Shown here: piece by piece, positions 54,163 through 64,000 of the stretch
How positions within the stretch are numbered: position 1 is the first letter of the stretch
Layout of the letters: each line of letters starts with the position of its first letter
Origin: the human T2T-CHM13v2.0 reference genome, Homo sapiens
NCBI RefSeq assembly: GCF_009914755.1
Contig: NC_060930.1
Reading direction: 5' to 3' (one strand)
Length of the DNA: 64,000 bases
Made by a program: the position numbers and the translations under genes
The notes under the pieces: generated by a model
Seen by the model: only the letters and a program-made list of their open reading frames with translations
Told to the model about the DNA's origin: nothing
Database searches by the model: none

Positions 54163-55075
54163 ATATGATCCATCCATTCTACTTCTTACAGATTTACCCA
54201 AGAAAAATAAAAGCATATGTTCATACAAAGATTTGTAAACAAATGTCTATAGCAACTTTATTCATAACAGCCAAAAACTGTAAACAACCCAACTATCCAT
54301 TAACAGGTGAATGAATAAAGAAATTGTGGTATATACATACAATGGAACACTATTTAGCAATATAAAAGAGTGAACCATTGATACACAGTACAACTCTGAT
54401 GAATTGCAAATAATTCTGCTAAGTGAAAGGAGACAGAAAAAAAGGAATTCATATTGAATAATTCCATTTACATAAAATTCTAGGAAATGTAAACTAATCC
54501 AAAAAATGACAGCGAGCATATCAGAAGTTGCCTGAGGATTTCACAGTTGGGGGAGTGGGGGCATGAGGAGGATAGGAAGAGGCAGCAGGAGAAAGAGATA
54601 AAAAAGGACATGAGGTCCCAGGCATGGTGGTGTCTCATGCCTATAATCCCAACACCTTGGGATGCCAAGGCTAGAGGATTACTTGAACTCAGGGGTTTAA
54701 GAAAAGCCTAGGCAACACAGTAAGACCTCATCTCTACAAAATATTAGCTGGGTATGCTAATTTTTGCATACCTGCAGTCTCAGCTACTCAGGAGAATGGC
54801 TTGAGCTCAAGGAGGTCGAGGCTGCAGTGAGCCATGATCATGCCACTGCCCTTCAGCCTGAGCAACAGAGCAAGACCCTGTCTCAAAAAAATAAAATAAA
54901 ATAAAATAAGTAAATAAAAATAAAAGAACATGAGGACACTTTTGGGAGTGGTGGATATGTTCATTATCTTAATTGTGTTTATGGTTTCATTGTTTCATAC
55001 ATATGTTGAAACTTATAAAACACTACATATTAAATATATATAATCCATTATATGTTGATTATACCTCAATAAAAC
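54163..55075 (+). mobile_element. L1ME-like 3' fragment, interrupted by AluJ
   Basis: ORF2 C-terminus (IYPRKIKAYVHTKICKQMSIATLFITAKNCKQP) and an L1ME-type 3'UTR ending TTATACCTCAATAAAA. Confidence 0.75.
54616..54921 (+). mobile_element. AluJ
   Basis: Diverged dimeric Alu with J-type GAGGTCGAGGCTGCAGTGAGCCATGATC and an (AAAAT)n tail. TSD AAAAG(G/A)ACATGAGG at 54602-54615 and 54922-54935. Confidence 0.9.
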
Positions 55076-55846
55076 CATAAAAGCACTTGCACAAAATAGA
55101 ACTTAGGGAGAAAATTACAAATAATGTAAAAAATGGGCATGATAATGGATAGCTTAGCGCATCTATACATCATCTTTATAAAGGCACTGTTAGAAAGGCA
55201 ACATGATATTGTTGTGCAGGAGCTGGCAAGTATTCTTTCCATTATAACAGTCCTGGTCTTACCTTTATTCAAGTACAGAGGTTAGTCTAGGGTTCATATT
55301 TGAAAAATGATATAATGAAATTGAATAGAGAATCTATTCATTACATATGTTGGTATAAGAAGTATAAGCATGGAATCATTTTAATTTTCTAAATAATGGC
55401 TACTAATCTCCCCTTTCAAAATCCCTTTCTGCTGGGTAGCCACCTCCCTTAACAAAATCTCAATTTGAGTCCCATTATTTTTTTCATCTTTTTTGGTGAT
55501 TAAAGCTATCTTATGCCCTGTGCAAAGCTTTCTTTTTCTTTTTTCTTCACCTTTAGCTGAGCTGTTGGTTCAAACTGCCTGGGTTGCAAAGGTGGGGCAA
55601 GGTCTGCTGTCCCACTCCGCCCTCTTACTCCCTCCTTTCATTCTTCTTTACCACCCCTGGACAAACACATGCTCCTCACAAATGTATCAGTGGTGAAGCA
55701 ATGGGTGCTTCAGTGGCCATAAGTCATGGGTGGCAAGTCCACTATCCCTTTGTCTGTTCTTTGTTGCTGTTCCTCTCCCTGTGGCAGGAACCCAAATACT
55801 GCCTGTCTCAAGGGGATACATTTGCTATCTTCCAGAGGATGCTCAG

Positions 55847-56970
55847 TGTATTAGTCCATTTTCACACTGCTGATAAAGACTTACCTGAGACTGGGCAATT
55901 TACAAAACAAAGAGGTTTAATGGACTTACAGTTCTATGTGGCTGGAGAGGCCTCACAATCACAGTGGAAGGTGAAAGGCATGTCTCACATGGCAGAGGAC
56001 AAGAGAAGAGAGCTTGTGCAGGGAAACTCCCCTTTTTTTTTTCTTTTTACCTTTTTATTTTTATTTATTTGTTTATTTATTTATTTTTATTATACTTTAA
56101 GTTATAGGGTACATGTGCACAATGTGCAGATTTGTTACATATGTATACATGTGCCATGTTGGTTTCCTGTACCCATTAACTCATCATTTACATTAGATAT
56201 ATCTCCTAATGCTATCTCTCCCCCCTCCCCGAACCTCATGACAGGCCCCGGTGTGTGATGTTCCCCACCCTGTGTCCAAGTGTTCTCATTGTTCAATTCC
56301 CACCTATGAGTGAGAACATATGGTGTTTGGTTTTCTGTCCTTGCGATAGTTTGCTGAGAATGGTGGTTTCCAGCTTCATCCATATCCCTACAAAGGACAT
56401 GAACTCATTCTCATCCTTTGTTATGGCTGCATAGTATTCCATGGTGTATATGTGCCACATTTTCTTAATCCAGTCTATTATTGATGGACATTTGGGTTGG
56501 TTCCAAGTCTTTGCTATTGTGAATAGTGCTGCAATAAACATACGTGTGCATGTGTCTTTAGAGCAGTATGATTTATAATCCTTTGGGTATATACCCAGTA
56601 ATGGGATGGCTGGGTCAAATGGTATCTCTAGTTCTAGATCCTTGAGGAATCGCCACACTGTCTTCCACAATGGTTGAACTAGTTTACAGTCCCACCAGCA
56701 GTGTGAAAGTGTTCCTATTTCTCCACATCCTCTCCAGCACCTGTTGTTTCCGGATCCTTTTTAATGATTGCCATTCTAACTGGTGTGAGATGGTATCTCA
56801 TTGTGGAAACTCCCCTTTTTAAAACCATCAGATCTTATGAGACTTAATATCATGAGAACAGCACGGGAAAGACCTGCCCCCCATGATTCAATTACCTCCC
56901 ACCCAGTCCCTCCCACAACACGTGGGAATTCAAGATAAGATTTGGGTAGGGACACAGCCAAACCATATCA
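55847..56970 (-). mobile_element. THE1 solo LTR split by an L1PA insertion
   Basis: TGTATTAGTCC...AAACCATATCA termini and a perfect 5-bp TSD CTCAG at 55842-55846 and 56971-56975. Confidence 0.93.
56038..56804 (-). mobile_element. 5'-truncated LINE-1 (L1PA4/5-like), ~770 bp
   Basis: ORF 56293-56670(-) WKTVWRFLKDLELEIPFDPAIPLLGIYPKDYKS is the ORF2 C-terminus. T-rich tail at the left. Perfect 16-bp TSD GGAAACTCCCCTTTTT at 56022-56037 and 56805-56820. Confidence 0.95.
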
Positions 56971-57046
56971 CTCAGGGACCTCTTCCTGCATAGTACCTAC
57001 CACATGGAAAGCCACTGAGGTTCAGAGGCTCTGCCTCTTCCTCCCC

Positions 57047-57080
57047 ACCCTTATCCACTAAAAACCCTTATCCACTAAAA
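57047..57080. repeat. Perfect 17-bp tandem duplication
   Basis: ACCCTTATCCACTAAAA x2 (57047-57063 and 57064-57080). Confidence 0.95.
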
Positions 57081-58136
57081 CGATGGCCCATCCACACCTT
57101 TTTATGGCTTAGGTCCCCTCACCCAAATAGACATCACACTTGGAGGCTCCTAGCAAGATAACTTAAGCCCTGCCCCCATTGGCAGTCTTCCCTTGACCAC
57201 AGGGAACACCCTATCCCTTGGTCAAGTCAGACAATGGGAAAGCAGACTGCCTCCTGCCCCACACCAGCACCCTCTTTCTTCCGCCATCTCTCTCTAGCTC
57301 CTTCCCCTCATGGGCAGTGCTGCACATTCTGATGGTTTCAGGTTTAGGAGCATAGTAACTTTCAGAGAATAAACTGTGTTTCTAACTATGGAGAGAAAAG
57401 ACTAAACCCCTCAATCTTGTAGAAAGTAGAAGGAACAAAACAAATACCTTCTCTTCCCCAAGGCAAAAAGAGGAAGAAGATACCATTGCCACTTGACAAA
57501 CTGCATTTCCCCCAAAGTCAGCTTCTTCCCCCACTCACCCTGGTAGACCTTTTCTTAATAAAGGCCTTAAATTGTTGTGCCACTCTCAATGGGGTAGGGT
57601 GGGGGACACACATTGAGAGATAAGTCCTCTTTGGATTTGGCTCTAGAGAATTCCACAGTTTTTCTCAACAGGGTGGGTTCTCCTATAACCCCTGAGCTAC
57701 AGCAAGACGGCCTCCAGGGTAGATCACCAAAAGGCCCTACACACATCCTGCATGAACCTATTCCTTCCATAGCCCCCTGTGGCATGCTCCAAAGAATTCC
57801 TGTGTGGATGGGTTTGCAGTCTGACAGGGAATACCAGACAAGTCACTGAATAACCATAATAGAAAAAAATAGAACAAATTCCATAAGGAAGCCAGAGACA
57901 AAGGTCAAAGTTAGATTGCCCTGTACCAAGTGCTGCTCAGTCACCACTTTCTCAAACTCAAAATAGAGGATGAGATTTCCCCAGCTGTGGGATCATGAAA
58001 ACACTGGTATTTGTTCTGAGCCTTGGAAAGAATGAAGTTTAAACTTGTAGACATAGGTGGGGAGGCAATTAGAAGTGACACATTTTTTTGGAGACAGTAA
58101 ATCACAAGGGGTAACTTGTTAACTATTGTTAAATAC

Positions 58137-58300
58137 AGTCTTTCTCAACTTCCCTGATTATATAAATCGCTAGGGGTGCTTGTTAAAAATACGGATTCCC
58201 AGCTCCACCCTAGATCTCTGGATCAGATCCAGAGTAGACAGGGAATCTGAATTTTTAACACACACCTCCTATCGGATTCTTATAATGAGGTAAGTTCATT
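58137..58300. mobile_element. MER5-like hAT MITE
   Basis: CAGTCTTTCTCAAC start; GGGTGCTTGTTAAAAATACGGATTCCC ... GGGAATCTGAATTTTTAACA internal dyad. Confidence 0.65.
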
Positions 58301-60144
58301 AGTAAGAAATACTAATAAAAGATCTAAAGTCTTAGAGTAAGAAATAAAATTGTTACCTATCTCACTGGACAAAAAAAAAAGAAAGAAAAATGGACTATCA
58401 TTTCTGTAAAAGTTTGGTGTGGAATAAGAAAGACTCTAATTACAGGTTTCTAAACACTGGAATAGGGTTTTATGAGAGTTGGAATCCCCATCCCTGAAAA
58501 GCTTTTAAAATGGAGATCACCATTTGCCCTGGAGGGGCTGGCACTAGGTGGTGAGCAGAGAACTGAACTATTTGGGGATCACTTTGGGAGTGTGAGAAAC
58601 TGAAACCCACTCAAGCCAGCATGAATAAAACGAGTTCATCATGAAGACACGCACAAGGGAATCTCAAAGAGGCCAAACAGAGGAACCAGAGCTGGCCTTA
58701 GGGAACCCAGAAAGTCACCAGGCACCTTTGCCCTTCCTTTCCCCCTCTCTCTGGGACCAAGTGTTCTCTTATGACTGCTTCTCTCTGCACATATATTTCA
58801 TTCTCTTCTCTCCATAGACCAGCTTCTCAACTTAGTCATTCATATAGTAAGGGCAGCATGATGCCTTAGATACTCAGAGTGAACTGATACAGTCTCCATG
58901 CCCTGGTTCTATATTCCTCCAGGTGACAAGATCTGATTGGTCCATCTTGAGTCTCTTGCCCCAATCTAATCACCTGTGGATAGGAGGACTCCTTCCTGGC
59001 TGTGTGTGTCTCAGGCACTAAGAAGAGGGTATCACTGGGAGAAAATGAAGAACATCTCATATAAGAATAGATCAAATGATTCTTCTGTTGTCTTAATTTT
59101 ATATTTTACTTCAAAAACAATGTTTTTTGTTCCAAAATTTATTCTCTTAAGAATTGCCCATCTTGGCTTTGTTTTGAAACTCTTATGAAAGGACCACTTT
59201 TTTAATGCCACTGAGAAGGGCTTGTAAACAATGAATGATCAGATGCAGAGTCTTCTGAGTCATCTGAACTCTTACCTAAAGAATTTCTATGCCTACAAAC
59301 TCAACCCCAGGAGCATTTGCTGAACTTCCTCAAACTTATGATAACTAATCTCTGTCATCTTAAAACCCATGAACTTCAAGATAAATTCAATGTGTGTTTT
59401 TGATTAACTATCACTTAGCTTATCTGAATATTGACTAGTTATCTGAAGTCCAGAGAGCTGTTAAAAAGCTATTGCAGTCCTTTATCCTTGAACAAGAAGA
59501 TTGATTTTTACCCTTGGTACATGGAACTTGATTCTGGTAGCTCCTCCACTTAAGCTTGTCTTGTCAATCTGGGTCCCCCAAGGATTCAACACTAAGTTTA
59601 TTCATAAAGTCAGTTCTTCTTGGTTTAAGTAGGAAAACTGCTGTCCTTGTTTCCTGAGGATAAGAGACACGAACAAAGAACCAGATTACCAAACTAAAGT
59701 ACAATCATATCTAGAGATTCTTGTAGCATCATCGATGGAAGCAGGGGAGCAGTGATCCTAAGTATGTCTTGCCTCACCATGCATGCAAATCTCCAGGCTC
59801 TAAACACCCATCATCATTCCTTTTCCTCTGCTTCTAATGGGCCTACTTGACTTCCTTCCTGATCATTCTCTCCAACCTCATCTTCTGCCTCCTCTCAGTC
59901 ATGGGTCTCTTCCTAGTCAGGGGCTCCCACTCCCAGAATATGAATTACAATTGCCCAATGACTACTGGATTTATAGGGTTATCTACTTTTACCAATAGGA
60001 TCATTTTAGCATCTTCCAATACTTTGAGGCTTTAATTAAACAGAAATAGGCAGGAAGAAAATACTTTCCTTTATTAGAACATTCCACAGAGAAAAATCAG
60101 CCAAGGAAATCGCATAAAAGACCAGAAGCAAAGGAGGTATTTAG

Positions 60145-60332
<188 letters not shown>

Positions 60333-60754
60333 AGTTTGTTTGTTTTTTAAAGCTCCACTTGTTGCACTCTGACCTCCAAAGCTTTGAAAAGCTAACAAAT
60401 TATTCATCTGGAGCTGCCAGTTCCAGAGATTATATCAGTTTTCCAGAGTTCTTCTCACCTGCAATCAGGGTTAGTCTTGAGCATAGATGTACAGATTCTG
60501 AAAAGGGTATATTTGTCACTAAGAAAAAAAGGCAAATTGAGAGATGCTGTGGATGTATAAATTTCTGGGGGAGAATATACGAAGATAGGCTAAGTATCAA
60601 CTGTACCCAGTTCAAGGGCCTGAAACGGATCATTTAGATAGAATGTGAAGAATAAGCCTCTCTGGGCTGGCTTCTAACAGAAGGAAAGGCACGAACCCAA
60701 ACAAAAATAGGACACCTCTAAAAATCAAACAACATACCTCTTTAAAAAAAAAAA

Positions 60755-61530
<776 letters not shown>

Positions 61531-62099
61531 GAGAAGAACACCATTTATTGTGATCCTTAAAAGAAAGGAAAACACATTTTTAAGATAGCAACTCAACACC
61601 CATTCTTCTACAAGTTGCAGCATGTGCAAAAATACAAACTTAAAAGATGGCCCAAACCAGGAGAGGAGAAAACCTGAATGGTTTCTTAGCCATATACAAA
61701 ATTAGAAAACTCTAGGAGCTGATATTCACACCTCAACACACTTAAAGGGGAGCCCATTTGCCCAGATAAAATCAATGGGGATGAAACTGACCACACTTCT
61801 ACCAAGAAGCAGAAAAATGTTGTGACCAGCTTCAGACATGATTGAACAGGGGTATTTCCAATGATTGATGAATTAACACCACTGAGAAGTGAGCTTTTCT
61901 GATGATGTGCCCAGAGGCAGGCATAGAGTGTGGGTGGGAAGAGGAATTTAGAACCATTGTCTGTTTTTCTAAGACTTTTTTGTTGTTGTTTTGGGTTGTT
62001 TTTTTTTTTCACTGCATAGCTGCAGAAATTGTGTGAGCATTTTGGGACTGTCAAACTCCCATCTAACTTTGTGAAGAATTCTTCTGAGTGGATTTTATT

Positions 62100-62760
62100 G
62101 GTTTCAGCTGGAGAATCCACCCCACACCCCGCCCCCCACCACTAGCAGAAAGCCACATGCCCACCAAGCACTGCCTCTCTCCTCCTGCCCTGAAGTGATC
62201 AGAAAGCAAGAGTTCACCACGGGGGAAAACACGTGGAGTCAATTTGTGCCTCAAGTTAGTCCACAGCTTTCCACAATCTACAAGAGATAAGGTGGGGATA
62301 GCAACATCCCAATAGGCACAGCAGCCCAGAGCACTTCTCCTTTGCAAAGGGTATTTGTCCCTCTTTTTCTTTGTGGCAGGCAGTGGGTTTGATTTTTCTA
62401 AATGTTCAGTAGAAGATTGTTCAGATTTTTCTTTCTAAAACTTTCTGGAGCTTCAGCAGCACTAACGTATTCTATATCAACATGCACAATGGAAAAATAT
62501 TACTGGCACCAAATAAATAAATAAGGACTATTTAAGGAAAGGGGTGGGGTGGGAGGTTGCTGGGAACATCTGCTCCTGTTCACAACATTCAAGCCGGCCC
62601 ACCTCGAAGCGCCCCCCAGCCCTGCTAGATCTTGATGCTCTGATGTTCACAAAGCAGCTCAGCTCTCCTCCGAGTCACCATGTCAACACTGGGGATCCAA
62701 CCCAGTGTTGAAAAGCTATGTGGGGACCTCCTTCAGGCATAGGCTGTGAACAGAGGGAGC
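62100..62760. promoter_or_regulatory. Candidate cis-regulatory region (motif evidence only)
   Basis: No recognisable repeat and locally GC-richer. GC box CCCCGCCCC at 62127-62135, CACCC boxes, CACGTG at 62230-62235, G-tracts at 62541-62564. Confidence 0.3.
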
Positions 62761-63029
62761 AATCACTTCAGCTCTCTTTGCTCAGACACCAAATGTGAGT
62801 CTTTGCCAACTCCTTGGCTTTGAGGACAAGCTTTAAGGAAGACAGTTGCTGGATAATATTTCCCTTGTTGGAGATAAACTCTAAATTCTTCCAGGCCATG
62901 AAGAAGGAAAAAATCCTGACGATAAATGAATCTAGCCAAACAATCTTCACGTTAGGAACACTGTGACAACTTCCTCGCCATTAAAATGCACTTAAAAGGG
63001 GGCATTTCTACAGTGATTCCCCAGAAAAC

Positions 63030-63051
63030 GTGTGTGTGTGTGTGTGTGTGT
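63030..63051. repeat. (GT)11 microsatellite
   Basis: Uninterrupted GT run. Confidence 0.95.
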
Positions 63052-63179
63052 TTCTGGAGTAGGGAGTAAGAGTTCATGTAGACCTCAAGATACATATGAC
63101 TTAAAATTTCAGTGTACCTCTTTGTATTAAGAGTATTTTCACTGAAATGCCAAAAAAAGGAAGTCCACTGGAGTCTGTG

Positions 63180-63395
63180 ACTTTTTAATTGTGGTAAAAA
63201 TACATAACATAAAATTTACCATCTTAACCATTTTTAAGTAAACAGTGCAATAGTGATAACTATATGCACATTGTTGCTCAACAGATTGCTAGAACTTTTT
63301 CATCTTGCAAAACTAAAACTCTACACCCACTGATAACTTTCCTTTCCCACCCCCCCTTCCCAGTCCTGGGGAACCACCATTCTACTTTCTGCTTC
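63180..63395 (-). mobile_element. L1MA/MB-like 3' end fragment
   Basis: TTTTAATTGTGGTAAAAATACATAACATAAAATTTACCATCTTAACCATTTTTAAG...AGAACTTTTTCATCTTGCAAAACT. Confidence 0.8.
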
Positions 63396-63419
63396 TCATG
63401 GTTTGGAGTCCCTGACTTT

Positions 63420-63590
63420 TAAAACTGGAAAGAACTTAAAAGCCATCTAATAAACCTTCCACTCTCAGCTAAGTAACCTGAGCTGTGGAACATTTAAGTG
63501 ACTGATTCAAGGTTGGCCAGTGAGTCATGGAGCCAGGATTCAGGCCTCTGTTGTCCAAACCCAGCTCTGTCCTCTGTGTAGCATCATATC
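63420..63590 (-). mobile_element. MIR fragment
   Basis: TTAAGTGACT.ATTCAAGGT..GCCAGTGAGTCATGGAGCCAGGATTCA reverse MIR signature. Confidence 0.5.
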
Positions 63591-64000
63591 AGTAATAATA
63601 TTATGGTTTTAGTTGTCTCCTATCATCCAAATCAATGCTCATTTATATGCAAAGAAATCATTTTGCAGTAATTAATATTATAAACATCAAATTGCAATTC
63701 CAGAAATATTCTGTAAATTCAGTAAGACAGTCAAAGAAAATTTATGTCTATCACATAATCCTCCCCACTCTGCTTAGGTTTGAGATAACAGTATAAAATT
63801 CTGATAGAGAGTCTGGAATAAGCTCTGTGTTAGAATTTAGATCTAATTTAAATGTTAGGCATTTAGCCTAGATAACTGAAAATTCTGGGGAGAGTTCAAG
63901 TACATAAAAGGTGGGAAAGGGTTTTTTCACTTGCAATGGAGTTACAGTAAGTACAAGAGGAAAACAATGTGCTGATCACAGGGTGGTTAAATATAAGAAT

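Noticed and set aside
15873-56970. All four THE1 insertions share one orientation, suggesting a host gene strand
   Set aside because: n=4 is too small (1 in 8 by chance), and other LTRs and L1s occur in both orientations.
58217-58235. Dyad CTCTGGATC-A-GATCCAGAG
   Set aside because: It lies near the centre of a MER5-like MITE, a family that is internally palindromic.

Overview
Primate (most likely human) genomic DNA, AT-rich and dominated by repeats. I can recognise no intact protein-coding gene. Bases 1-19.8 kb are almost solid retroelement: two head-to-head L1PA7-like LINE-1s, an internally deleted L1MA, an older L1MA carrying a THE1 solo LTR, a full-length THE1 MaLR provirus and an MLT1 LTR. 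The rest is unique non-coding sequence interspersed with nested L1/Alu/LTR/MIR/L2/hAT/Tigger remnants, microsatellites and one RPL31 processed pseudogene (~46.7-47.2 kb). The ORF-track entries I can recognise are decayed L1 ORF1/ORF2 pieces or the RPL31 pseudogene; the rest look like antisense reads of repeats or chance ORFs. I found no evidence for a novel multi-gene system. The best signals are mechanistic. (1) The inverted L1 pair shares private mutations over part of its arms, suggesting arm-to-arm gene conversion after nested insertion. (2) A direct-inverted-direct micro-triplication forms a perfect 20-bp hairpin inside an ERV1 LTR. (3) A ~120-bp twin-primed L1 shows the predicted microhomology. 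(4) A THE1/MER41 deletion-fusion retains one STAT (GAS) site. (5) An AluY has collapsed to a monomer. (6) Minus-strand splice signals cluster at 21.5-24.8 kb. Subfamily names come from remembered consensus sequences and need RepeatMasker/Dfam confirmation. Boundaries of old repeats are approximate.
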